Part shown: positions 38,057 through 47,266 of the stretch, in pieces
Numbering within the stretch: the stretch's first letter is position 1
Layout of the letters: each line of letters starts with the position of its first letter
Origin: Rhizobiaceae bacterium
GTDB lineage: Bacteria; Pseudomonadota; Alphaproteobacteria; Rhizobiales; Rhizobiaceae
Direction of reading: 5' to 3'
DNA: 64,000 nucleotides
Assembly: GCA_041739225.1 (NCBI GenBank)
Contig: JBGSOG010000046.1
Span: forward strand, 92,681 to 156,680
The notes under the pieces: model-generated
Told to the model about the DNA's origin: nothing
Seen by the model: the letters and a program-made list of their open reading frames with translations, nothing else
The model's database searches: none
Made by a program: the position numbers and the translations under genes

Positions 38057-38728
38057 TCAACCTGCGCTGCGCGTCGACATCCATGTCCGCAGGCTGTTCA
38101 TGGTGATGCCGGCCACACGCTCAAGGATGGAAGGCGTTATGCCAGCCCAAGGGTCACCTGGACTGGATGAGCCACGTTCCTGCCCGGAAATGCGATGAAC
38201 GCGCGCGCCGTTCTGGTCGAGCACGTCCCAAACATAAACCAGAATTGTGCCTGTGCCATCGTTCAATGCGGAGAAGTAGCCCTTGATCTGGTAGCGCGCA
38301 CCTTGCTCCACCGAGACCACGACGGGTACCGATTCAGTTTTTGCCGATGCTCGCATCGAATTTGCAAGGCTGCTGACGGCTGATTGCGGCGCCCCGGTGA
38401 CCGGCAAAAAGGCGACTGGTGATATCGAGCCGCTCAATGAAGCAGTCTTGGACTGGCCAACCGGCTGCGTTGTGGGCAGTTGTGTCGATGGCGTAGCCCC
38501 GGTTTGCGGGGCGAGTGCGCCCTCCGGTGCAATGCCGAGTGGCTGTTGGGCGGCGAGGGCGGTTTCATTTCCGATGGCGGCTGACGGGGTCTGGCGCATT
38601 TGCGCAGTCGGGGCAATTCCATCCGTGAGCGAGCCGGTGTTGCACCCTGTAATCCCCAGGATCACCACTGCGAGCACAACTGGGGCTGAGCGGTTCGTTC
38701 GCTTCGGCACTGCTGCAACCTTGGTCAT
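38057..38728 (-). CDS. Lipoprotein, function unknown
   Basis: Lipobox VVILGITGC. There is a Pro/Ala/Thr/Gln-rich linker and then a compact C-terminal domain (...YQIKGYFSALNDGTGTILVYVWDVLD...). Confidence 0.6.
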   Translation of the reverse strand: MTKVAAVPKRTNRSAPVVLAVVILGITGCNTGSLTDGIAPTAQMRQTPSAAIGNETALAAQQPLGIAPEGALAPQTGATPSTQLPTTQPVGQSKTASLSGSISPVAFLPVTGAPQSAVSSLANSMRASAKTESVPVVVSVEQGARYQIKGYFSALNDGTGTILVYVWDVLDQNGARVHRISGQERGSSSPGDPWAGITPSILERVAGITMNSLRTWMSTRSAG

Positions 38729-38848
38729 GGGCTATCCTTGAATTGCAGAATTCATCCACTCTTGTGGCGGGATGGTTGCAGGCACCAAATCAGGCGATAT
38801 TACCGCCATGCCAACCCGCCGGTCAAATGCCGCCAATCTTTTCCTTCG

Positions 38849-40000
38849 CTATCGGATGATCAGGTCGATTTCGTGTCTGGAAAGGGATTGCGGACCCGTT
38901 GAATGGGTAATGAAGCTTTGCCCCAAGGTCATCGCGGTTTGGGTCTCGCTATCGGCGATGATCATGTGCAGAAACATGACCATGTTTTCACCAATGATGG
39001 TGGAATTGTCGGCATAGATCATCGGCTTGTCCATCCAGGATGGCGAGAATGTAGCTCCGAGGGAATAGCCGCAGGCATTGAGTCTGTGACGGGCCAGTCC
39101 GGCATCATCCAGCACACGGGCATGTGCATCAAAAACGGCAGAAACCGGGCTGCCGATCTGCAGGGCGTTGCGGCATTCGACAAGTGCGGCGCGCGATGCC
39201 TCGTACAACGCCAAGTGCCGTGAGTTCGGTTTGCCGATGATGATCGTGCGCATCATGGCAGCATGGTAGTGCGCCCAAACACCGGCCCATTCCAGCGTCA
39301 ACTGGTCATCTGTATCGAGTTTGCGACGACCCGCCTTGTATCGGCAAAGCAAGGCATCGGGGCCGGAACCTATGATGAATTCATTGCCGGGATAATCGCC
39401 GCCCGCTTCGAATATCGCCGAATGCATGGCTGCAAGGATGCGGCCCTCGTCAGCTCCAGCCTTGGCCACAGAGATTGCGGCATCAAGGGCAAGATCGGCC
39501 AGTTCACCAGCCTTGCGCACATGCACGAGTTCAGCTTCCGACTTGAAAACGCGAAGTTCGGGGATGAGGTCGGTTGCATCGCGCAGCTCACCAAAGCCCT
39601 TCAGCCGCGCTTCCAGCGCATTGCCGTTCTTGGCATTCAAGCCGAATGCGCCGTACTCAATGCCGATGCTGGCACCCACAAGGTCCAGGTCCGACATCAC
39701 CTTGTGCAGATCGCCGGTCGGATCATGGCCCTCGCGGTCGGTCCAGACCACGATGTTGGATATGATGGAAGTATGCTGGGCCTGTCGCAGATCCGGTGCG
39801 CGCGTGACCAGCGCCATTTCACCGTCTTTTTTCACAACCAGGCACTGGAAAAAGCAAAAACCGAAGGTGTCATAGCCGGTCAGCCAATACATGCTTTCCT
39901 GTGAAAACAGCAGCATGCAGTCAAGTTTGCGCGCTGCCATCCCGTCGAGCAACCTGTCCATGCGTGTGGCAAATTCCGATGTGGAAAAGTGAAGGGCCAT
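38849..40000 (-). CDS. M24-family metallopeptidase (Xaa-Pro peptidase / creatinase-like)
   Basis: 383 aa with an N-terminal creatinase_N-like part and a C-terminal pita-bread region (...DDQLTLEWAGVWAHYHAAMMRT...GENMVMFLHMII). Confidence 0.7.
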   Translation of the reverse strand: MALHFSTSEFATRMDRLLDGMAARKLDCMLLFSQESMYWLTGYDTFGFCFFQCLVVKKDGEMALVTRAPDLRQAQHTSIISNIVVWTDREGHDPTGDLHKVMSDLDLVGASIGIEYGAFGLNAKNGNALEARLKGFGELRDATDLIPELRVFKSEAELVHVRKAGELADLALDAAISVAKAGADEGRILAAMHSAIFEAGGDYPGNEFIIGSGPDALLCRYKAGRRKLDTDDQLTLEWAGVWAHYHAAMMRTIIIGKPNSRHLALYEASRAALVECRNALQIGSPVSAVFDAHARVLDDAGLARHRLNACGYSLGATFSPSWMDKPMIYADNSTIIGENMVMFLHMIIADSETQTAMTLGQSFITHSTGPQSLSRHEIDLIIR

Positions 40001-40003
40001 GAA

Positions 40004-40828
40004 TTACTCCCGAACGAGAATGCAGGAAATCTGGCGACCATAGTCCGGTTCGCCGCGGTGGGTGGTGCGCCGGTAGGAGAAGAACCTCGCTGCATCGGCA
40101 TAAGTGCACTGGCCTGTCCAGCGGGCTTGTGTTCCTGCCTTTTCCAGACGGTTTACGATATATCCAGGAAGGTCGAACTGCGCGTGGCCGGATTTGGGTG
40201 ACGGCATCAGATAGCGCTGGTTTTCGCCATCCAGTGCCAACAGGCGCTCAACAAATTCCGGCCCCACTTCGTAGTTGCGCTGACAAATTGTCGGTCCCAG
40301 CGTTGCCACGATGCGCTCGCGGCGTGCACCCAGCTTTTCCATGGCAAGAATTGTGTTCTCCAGCACGCCGCTGGTGGCGCCTTTCCAGCCTGCATGTGCT
40401 GCACCAATCACGCCTGCCCCGTTGTCGGCAAAAAGCACCGGGCCGCAATCGGCGGTAAGGATGCCCAACGCAAGACCGGGTGTTGAAGTCACGACTGCGT
40501 CTGCAACGGGGCGTTCATTTTTCGCCCAAGGCTCGTCTACAACCAGCACGTCGGAGGAGTGTACCTGGTGCGGCGTTGCAAGAAAACCGTCCTTCACGCC
40601 GAGATGGCGGGTAACCAAGGCCCGATTTGCCAGCACCGGCTCGCGGTCGTCTGCCGAACCAAGACCGCAATTGAGACTTTCATACAAGCCGATGGACTTG
40701 CCGCCCGTCCGGGTGAAAAATCCGTGAACGATGTTCGGTGCCAATGCTCCGAGCCCGAAACAGAGGATCGGGGCAAGCGTCGTCATCGGAGTTTCCGTCT
40801 GGTGATTGAGCTGGTCTGCATCTGGCAA
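40004..40828 (-). CDS. pgeF: Peptidoglycan editing factor PgeF (YfiH/laccase-domain protein)
   Basis: HGFFTRTGG...HQVHSSDV...LTADCGPVLF...AAHAGWKG motifs. The start could instead be the ATG at 40786 (MTTLAPI...). Confidence 0.85.
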   Translation of the reverse strand: MPDADQLNHQTETPMTTLAPILCFGLGALAPNIVHGFFTRTGGKSIGLYESLNCGLGSADDREPVLANRALVTRHLGVKDGFLATPHQVHSSDVLVVDEPWAKNERPVADAVVTSTPGLALGILTADCGPVLFADNGAGVIGAAHAGWKGATSGVLENTILAMEKLGARRERIVATLGPTICQRNYEVGPEFVERLLALDGENQRYLMPSPKSGHAQFDLPGYIVNRLEKAGTQARWTGQCTYADAARFFSYRRTTHRGEPDYGRQISCILVRE

Positions 40829-40852
40829 GAGTGCGTTGAGCGATGTTCAGTG

Positions 40853-41983
40853 TCAACCATTGCGGGATGCGTCATTTGGTTTTGCGCCTGCAACAAAAGG
40901 CGGCAAACGGGTCATTGCGGAAGCGTTTTGGTTTGCACAAAGTGCCAAAACCTTGAAAAGCGCACCCATTTCCTCCGGCAAAACCAGTCGCTCGGCTTCT
41001 TTCCGGATTTTGGATTGCGCCAGTTGGTCTTTTCCGGCTCCCAGACGTCCGGCCCGCTCGGCAAGGCCCATGGCAACCAGAAAATCGCCCTGGGTAGCTA
41101 TCCGCGAAGTATGGCACCCGGCTTCGACTGCCGTTTGCCGCAATACGGCAAAATCCACGTGGCTTGTGAGATCGGCCTTGCCAGGATCGCTGAACGGATC
41201 GGCAAAAGCGTGGTTTTGAACTGCCTGGAATGTGTCACCAAAGCCCTGTTGGTCATGCCCGTAGTCAATCAGCAATGCCGCGCCGCCATTTGCACCAAGT
41301 CTTTCCGAAATTTGCGCAACGAAGGCTTCGCGAGTTGGCGCATGTTCAAACACCGAGCCGTCGGGTTCACTTTGGTGGCCGGGGGGCAGGATTGGCATTG
41401 ATGCAAATGCGGGACCCAGCACTGCACACAGATCTCCGTTGGCGTCGGTTGCAACCATCCGCTCGCGCCAAGCACCTCCAGCCTTGACGTATTGGCGAAA
41501 AGGAAGCGCATCAAGAAACTCGTTTGCGATCAAAATCATCGGCAAGTCTTCTGCCTGATCGAGCCGTGCCAGCCATTTTGTCGATTTTTTATGTGCTGCC
41601 AATTGCTGGCGCTGCACGGCAATCATGGCCGGGCTGGTTTCGACCAGACTGATTCTGACGGCTTCCATAAAGCCGGGGACACTGGCAGCTGCGCGCAAGG
41701 CATCTGCCATCATCACGCCGCGTCCGGGACCTGCTTCGACCAGCAGGAAAGGCGAGGGCGAACCCAAAGCCAACCAGGCGGATGCAGCCCAGACGCCGAC
41801 CAATTCGCCAAACATCTGGCTGACTTCCGGTGCTGTGATGAAATCGCCGCCCGCGCCAATCGCTTCCTGGCGCTGGTAGTAGCCGTGTTGCGGGTCAGCG
41901 AGCGCCAGTTGCATGTATTGCGCCAGGCTGATCGGGCCTGTTTCCTCTATGATGGAGCAAATGCGTTGCTTGAGGGAACGCAT
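40853..41983 (-). CDS. Class I SAM-dependent methyltransferase (DUF185 / NDUFAF7-MidA-like)
   Basis: ...YYQRQEAIGAGGDFITAPEVSQMFGELVG...LVEAGPGRGVMM... is typical of the family. Confidence 0.75.
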   Translation of the reverse strand: MRSLKQRICSIIEETGPISLAQYMQLALADPQHGYYQRQEAIGAGGDFITAPEVSQMFGELVGVWAASAWLALGSPSPFLLVEAGPGRGVMMADALRAAASVPGFMEAVRISLVETSPAMIAVQRQQLAAHKKSTKWLARLDQAEDLPMILIANEFLDALPFRQYVKAGGAWRERMVATDANGDLCAVLGPAFASMPILPPGHQSEPDGSVFEHAPTREAFVAQISERLGANGGAALLIDYGHDQQGFGDTFQAVQNHAFADPFSDPGKADLTSHVDFAVLRQTAVEAGCHTSRIATQGDFLVAMGLAERAGRLGAGKDQLAQSKIRKEAERLVLPEEMGALFKVLALCANQNASAMTRLPPFVAGAKPNDASRNG

Positions 41984-41988
41984 GATGC

Positions 41989-42822
41989 TCAGGCTTTAAC
42001 GACGGCTTTGGCCCGCGAAGCCGCAGTTGCCATTGCCCATACGCCAAGCGCCAGCATGGGCAACGACAGCACCATGCCCATGGTCAGCCAACCGCCGAAA
42101 AGATAGCCAATTTGAGCATCCGGCAAGCGGAAAAACTCGATGAAAATCCGCGCAATCGCATACCAGGCAACGAACGCACCCGCGACAAACCCCGGTTGGG
42201 CAAGCTTGTCAAACCGGTGCGTCAATACCCGCAACAACAACAACAACACGAGCCCTTCAAGCACGGCCTCGTATAACTGGCTGGGGTGGCGCGGTTCGGG
42301 GCCGGCATCGGGGAAAATCACCCCCCATGCCACGTCAGTGGGCTTGCCCCACAGTTCCTGATTGATGAAATTGGCGATGCGCCCGAAAAAAATACCAAAG
42401 CCGACACTGGCCGCAATCACATCGAACAGGCTGAAAGGGGTGAATCCGCGCGAACGTGCGTAGAGCACCATGGCGATGACGGTCCCGGTGAGGCCGCCAT
42501 GAAAGCTCATGCCGCCAGTCCAAAGCTTGACGATGCGGCTTGGGTCCTCAAGGAAAACCGGCAGGTCGTAAAACAGCACATAGCCGATACGTCCACCAAG
42601 AATGATTCCGGCGACGGCCCAAACCAGAAAATCGTCAATGGCCTCGACGCTGATGGGTGAACGGCCACCCCACAATGCAGCATTTGTCACCAGCCGACGG
42701 GCATACCACCAACCGAGCAGGATGCCGGCGACGTAGGCCATTCCGTACCAGTGAATGGCAAGAGGGCCAATTTCGATCATCACCGGGTCGATCATCGGGA
42801 ACGGAATGGCAAACAACGGCAT
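41989..42822 (-). CDS. lgt: Prolipoprotein diacylglyceryl transferase
   Basis: 277 aa. [16 protein letters not shown]...[10 protein letters not shown]...MSFHGGLTG...[14 protein letters not shown]...RHPSQLYEA. Confidence 0.95.
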   Translation of the reverse strand: MPLFAIPFPMIDPVMIEIGPLAIHWYGMAYVAGILLGWWYARRLVTNAALWGGRSPISVEAIDDFLVWAVAGIILGGRIGYVLFYDLPVFLEDPSRIVKLWTGGMSFHGGLTGTVIAMVLYARSRGFTPFSLFDVIAASVGFGIFFGRIANFINQELWGKPTDVAWGVIFPDAGPEPRHPSQLYEAVLEGLVLLLLLRVLTHRFDKLAQPGFVAGAFVAWYAIARIFIEFFRLPDAQIGYLFGGWLTMGMVLSLPMLALGVWAMATAASRAKAVVKA

Positions 42823-42889
42823 GGGTTTATCCGGTTTGAGATTGTGCCCTCATGCCACAGGGGCAATTGCGCCGAAAGGGTTTGTATCC

Positions 42890-44398
42890 TTAAAACTTCA
42901 CGTTGAAACTGCGCACCGGTGACTGCGAGCCGTCGTAATAAGTCAATTGCACCTGCATGGTTTTGGTGGTGCCGGGTACCTTGCGAAACAATTTGGAGTT
43001 GTCGGTAATGCCATTGGGGTTTGCCGGGTCGCATGCCTCAAGTGGCCATTCTTCGGTTTTGCCATTGTCGAGCGTGTATTCGATTTTGGAAATTCCGCAG
43101 CGATAGCTGACCAGATGGGAGAAATAGACGAGGTTTCCATTGTATTCGCGGAACGAGACCCAAGCCGTCCACAATTGCTCCAATATCTGCTTCTGGCCAC
43201 TGCGCAACTGGTCGTCAGGGCTGAATGATATTGGGAACACACCCGCTTCCTCGCCGCGCTTGTCGCGCCAGGTGACATAAAGTGTGCCGGCTGGTTGGTC
43301 CCCTGGCAAGGAGAACCACGTCACCGGCATCGGCTGTCCGGTTTGCTGGTCGAGGGTCGGCATGGTGCCGGTATCGGTAAATTCGCCATTCTCGCCGATG
43401 CGGTAGCCGAACTGGACGGCCGGCTCGGGCAATGAAATTGTTACTTGCCATCCGGCATTGGAACGCTGGAAATTGGCAATCGGCTTGCCCTTTCCGGCCT
43501 TCGGCTTGGGGTCAACGCGCGGCAACATGGCGACCGTCGTGCCTTCTTCGAAGGTTTTGGATGTCCCGCGCAATGCAAGGTCGCCTGTTGCGGGATACAG
43601 CAATACCGTACCGATGATCTGGTCGTAATAGGCAGGCGTCTGCACATGGCCAACCTGCGCTGCCAAATCGCGTACTGCAACCTGGGTCGCCTTTGCCATG
43701 TCGACAATCGATGTGTTGGGATTGGCAAGCTGGTTCAAAAACTGGCGGGTGAATACCGAGTTGGGGTCGGTGTCGTTGGCTCCAAGCCCGTCCAATGCCG
43801 CTTGACCGATGCCGGCAGAAAACAGGACGAACACACCCTCGGAAGGCGCCATGCGGGCAAGACCTGCCTGTCCGCCAAGCGAGCGTTTGCCGGCTTGCTC
43901 AAAAGGATTGTTTCGGCAGGCATCGAGGACCAGCACGATGGTGGTTGCGCCCGCCCGCTGGAAACGTTCTGACAGATCATCGGCGAGAAATGCCTCATCG
44001 CGAACCATCGATTCCTCGCCCGAGCCTGCGGCTGGAATGTCGACCGGCAACAGAAAATTTTGCCCCGAAACAGCAAATCCGTGCCCGGCATAATAAAACA
44101 GAACGAGATCGCCCGGTTTGACCTGCTTTTCAAACTCGACCACGGCGCGGCTCATGGCGCGGCGCCCGATATCGGTGGCAGTGGTTACGGAAAAACCGAT
44201 CTCGGTGAGGCGTTTGGATACGGCCACTGCGTCATTGACTGCTTTTTCAAGCGGAGATACCGATTCGTAGGCGTCGTTGCCGATGACCAAGGCCAACCGC
44301 CTTTGTTCCTGCGCGAAAGCGGCTGGCAAAAAAATTGTCAGCGCCGAAAGGGCAATCAGCAAAATTGCAAACAGGTGAAGGCTTTGCTTGGGTTTCAT
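42890..44398 (-). CDS. Secreted caspase-family (peptidase C14) protein with uncharacterised beta-rich C-terminal domain
   Basis: Start moved to the ATG at 44398, giving the signal peptide MKPKQSLHLFAILLIALSALTIFLPAAFAQE. LALVIGNDAY...LFYYAGHG...VLVLDACRNNPF provide the His/Cys dyad context. Confidence 0.8.
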   Translation of the reverse strand: MKPKQSLHLFAILLIALSALTIFLPAAFAQEQRRLALVIGNDAYESVSPLEKAVNDAVAVSKRLTEIGFSVTTATDIGRRAMSRAVVEFEKQVKPGDLVLFYYAGHGFAVSGQNFLLPVDIPAAGSGEESMVRDEAFLADDLSERFQRAGATTIVLVLDACRNNPFEQAGKRSLGGQAGLARMAPSEGVFVLFSAGIGQAALDGLGANDTDPNSVFTRQFLNQLANPNTSIVDMAKATQVAVRDLAAQVGHVQTPAYYDQIIGTVLLYPATGDLALRGTSKTFEEGTTVAMLPRVDPKPKAGKGKPIANFQRSNAGWQVTISLPEPAVQFGYRIGENGEFTDTGTMPTLDQQTGQPMPVTWFSLPGDQPAGTLYVTWRDKRGEEAGVFPISFSPDDQLRSGQKQILEQLWTAWVSFREYNGNLVYFSHLVSYRCGISKIEYTLDNGKTEEWPLEACDPANPNGITDNSKLFRKVPGTTKTMQVQLTYYDGSQSPVRSFNVKF

Positions 44399-44577
44399 GG
44401 CGACGGCTTTGCTCGGCTGCGGTTTTTCGATAAATGCTGACACTAGCAGAAAGCAGGCCAAACGGTGTGACGATGTGCACGTCTGGAACTTTTTCCAAAA
44501 GACCAACCGCTGCAACAGGCCGCATTGCAAAGCGCAACTATCGGCATTAGCTGTCAGTCAAACGGAGACCAAGCAGC

Positions 44578-44856
44578 ATGACCCAGGGACCCAACCGGAT
44601 TTTCGACGAATTTGCCAAGCTGATGACCGATGCGGCTGGCGCTGCGCAAGGCCTCAAGCGCGAGGCGGAAACTGCCTTCAAAAGCCAGGCAGAACGCTTC
44701 ATGTCGGAAATGGACATCGTGAGGCGCGACGAACTTGATGTCGTGCGTGAGTTGGCGGTGCGTGCGCGCGATGAAAACGAGGCATTGAAGGCTCGTCTTG
44801 AAGCGCTGGAAGCGCGCATTGCCGGCAGCAAAAGCACCGGACAGCAACAGGGCTGA
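44578..44856 (+). CDS. ubiK: UbiK/YqiC (BMFP) family accessory protein
   Basis: 92 aa. NRIFDEFAKLMTDAAGAAQGLKREAE...VRRDELDVVRELAVRARDENEALKARLEALE. Confidence 0.75.
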   Translation: MTQGPNRIFDEFAKLMTDAAGAAQGLKREAETAFKSQAERFMSEMDIVRRDELDVVRELAVRARDENEALKARLEALEARIAGSKSTGQQQG

Positions 44857-45209
44857 AAATTTTCCGGAAATATTTTTCCACAGGCTGCCTTGCCAAAAAC
44901 AAGAGTCGGCAGAATCACTTGGCGTGTTTCGTGAATCTGCCGCGACAGGTTTTCCCCACCCCACAAGGCCCGCTGGATCTGTGCACCACTGGCGCCGGGA
45001 ATCCCCGCCTATACACTGAAATTGCAGGATGATTCGCGGTGCTGCGCCAGAACGCGCAAACACCGGTTGCTTGTCAAAGCCGCAAACGCCTTGTCCAAAG
45101 GTACGTTTGTCCAAGCGCAAATCCTGTGGGTAAAGCGTTCGTGCTGTTGCTTGCGTTGCGTCGATTCACCGAGACAGGCAGTGCCGCATGCCGGCAGAAG
45201 CGAGGAAGA

Positions 45210-45710
45210 ATGAGCCTTCTGGAAATCGAATTGGAACGGGACGTCAATCCGGTCGACATGATCGAGCAGGTTGCAGCAGTCAATGAATGGGAGTTCGAGC
45301 GCTCCGGTGATGACGAAATCAACATCACCGTCTCGGGAACCTGGGCCGATTACACTGTTTCCTTTTCCTGGATGGAAGATTTTGAAGCGCTGCACCTTGC
45401 GTGCGCGTTTGATCTGAAAGTTCCGGCCCGCCGCATTCCGGAAACCATGAAGCTGCTTTCACTGGTCAACGAGCAATTGCTGATCGGGCATTTCGATTTG
45501 TGGATGAAAGAAGGCACCGTGATGTATCGCCAGGCATTGCTGCTCAATGGTGGTGCAGAACCGACCAGCGAACAGCTTGAATGCCTGCTGATGAGTGCGC
45601 TGGATGCTTGCGAGCGTTATTTCCAGGCATTCCAGTTTGTCGTTTGGGCGGGCAAGCCGGCGCAGGAAGCCATTGATGCTTCGCTGTTTGAAACCATGGG
45701 CAATGCCTGA
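45210..45710 (+). CDS. YbjN domain protein
   Basis: Start moved to the ATG at 45210 (MSLLEIELERDVNPVDMIEQVAAVNEWEFERSGDDEI...). Confidence 0.7.
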   Translation: MSLLEIELERDVNPVDMIEQVAAVNEWEFERSGDDEINITVSGTWADYTVSFSWMEDFEALHLACAFDLKVPARRIPETMKLLSLVNEQLLIGHFDLWMKEGTVMYRQALLLNGGAEPTSEQLECLLMSALDACERYFQAFQFVVWAGKPAQEAIDASLFETMGNA

Positions 45711-45763
45711 GTGCAGCCAATGCGCCGCTTGAGTGGGCGGCGATTCAGTGGCAATCATCTGCA

Positions 45764-46573
45764 ATGGACAATCTCGACATAATCAAACTGACTTTGGTGG
45801 GTGCCGGCAACATGGGCGGCGCGCTGCTTTCCGGCTGGCTGGCCCGCGGCATGCCGGCGACCAACATCACTGCCATTGATCCCAATCCGCCGGAAGCGGC
45901 AAAGACGAGCGGGGTGAAGCTGGCAAATTCGGCTAACGGCCTTGCGCCCTGTGACGTGCTTGTGCTGGCCATCAAGCCGCAGCTTTTCAAGGCAGTCCTG
46001 CCGACCCTGGGCCCGGTAGTGTCCCGCGCAACTGTTGTGGTTTCTGTTGCGGCAGGTCAGACCGTCGCAACCATTGCTGCTGGCCTTGGCCATGCGGGGG
46101 GTATTGTTCGCACCATGCCCAACACACCAGCGCTGGTGGGGCGCGGTGTTACCGGAGCGTTTGCAAACCCTGCGGTCAACCCAAGCCAACGCAGCCAGGT
46201 CGATGCGCTGCTGCATGCCGTGGGCAAGGTTGCCTGGGTTGACGACGAAAATCTGATCGATTCAGTCACCGCGGTTTCAGGCAGTGGCCCGGCCTATGTT
46301 TTTCATCTCGCCGAGGCGATGACACAGGCAGGCATTGCTGCCGGTTTGCCTGAGGACTTGGCCGCGATGTTGGCGCGCGAAACAGTTTGCGGCGCTGGCG
46401 AACTGCTGTACCGCTCGCCGGACAGCGCTGCCAGACTGCGGCAGAATGTGACCTCGCCATACGGCACCACGGCTGCCGCACTGGAAGTGTTGATGGGTGA
46501 AAATGGTCTCACGCCGCTGATGGAACGTGCGGTGGCGGCCGCCAAAAAACGCTCGCAGGAGCTGTCTGCATGA
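45764..46573 (+). CDS. proC: Pyrroline-5-carboxylate reductase
   Basis: 269 aa. [15 protein letters not shown]...AIKPQ...[11 protein letters not shown]...SGSGPAYVF...[12 protein letters not shown]. Confidence 0.95.
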   Translation: MDNLDIIKLTLVGAGNMGGALLSGWLARGMPATNITAIDPNPPEAAKTSGVKLANSANGLAPCDVLVLAIKPQLFKAVLPTLGPVVSRATVVVSVAAGQTVATIAAGLGHAGGIVRTMPNTPALVGRGVTGAFANPAVNPSQRSQVDALLHAVGKVAWVDDENLIDSVTAVSGSGPAYVFHLAEAMTQAGIAAGLPEDLAAMLARETVCGAGELLYRSPDSAARLRQNVTSPYGTTAAALEVLMGENGLTPLMERAVAAAKKRSQELSA

Positions 46574-46914
46574 GCGATGAAACCATCAGCATTGATGATT
46601 TCCTCAAGGTGGATATCCGGGTTGGCACGGTGATTGCCGCCGAGCCGTTTCCCGAAGCCCGCAAGCCTGCATACAAGCTGACGATCGATTTTGGCGAGCA
46701 CATCGGCGTCAAGAAGAGTTCGGCCCAGATCACGGTGCACTACAGCCTCGAAGAGCTGGTCGGGCGGCAGGTGCTGGCGGTGGTCAATTTTCCGCCCCGC
46801 CAGATCGGCCCGATGAAATCGGAAGTGTTGACGCTGGGCTTTGCCGACGAAGCAGGCGCGGTGGTGCTGGCCGCCACCGACAAGCGTGTTCCCAACGGGT
46901 CACGGCTGCATTAG
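46570..46914 (+). CDS. tRNA-binding domain protein (CsaA/YgjH-like)
   Basis: 114 aa. [38 protein letters not shown]...[21 protein letters not shown] overlap with proC. Confidence 0.85.
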   Translation: MSDETISIDDFLKVDIRVGTVIAAEPFPEARKPAYKLTIDFGEHIGVKKSSAQITVHYSLEELVGRQVLAVVNFPPRQIGPMKSEVLTLGFADEAGAVVLAATDKRVPNGSRLH

Positions 46915-46946
46915 GGTTTTGTCGAGGCACAATACGGGAGCCTGCC

Positions 46947-47264
46947 ATGCGCATCATCTGTTTTGCTTTGTTCACGGTTTTTGCCGCGCAAGCTTCCGCG
47001 CAAACCTCCCCTGTCGTCACCGGCGACCCGTCGGTGAGCGTGGAAGGAAAATCCGCAGCTACCGGCGGAGACACCACAGCATCGGGCGCGGTGGTTCAAG
47101 GCGGTTCGTCAAATGTGTTCATTGGCGGCAAACCGGCGGCAACAGTCGGCGACAAGACCAATTGCGGCGGAACGGTCGTGACCGGATCATCCAGCGTTTT
47201 CATCAATGGCAAGCCGATGGTTACCAGTGGCAGCGCGACTACCGATTGCCCCGTCGCCAATTGA
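46947..47264 (+). CDS. PAAR-like repeat protein with a Sec signal peptide
   Basis: The signal peptide MRIICFALFTVFAAQASA is followed by two PAAR-type repeats, GGSSNVFIGGKPAATVGDKTNCGG and TGSSSVFINGKPMVTSGSATTDCP. Confidence 0.55.
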   Translation: MRIICFALFTVFAAQASAQTSPVVTGDPSVSVEGKSAATGGDTTASGAVVQGGSSNVFIGGKPAATVGDKTNCGGTVVTGSSSVFINGKPMVTSGSATTDCPVAN

Positions 47265-47266
47265 AA

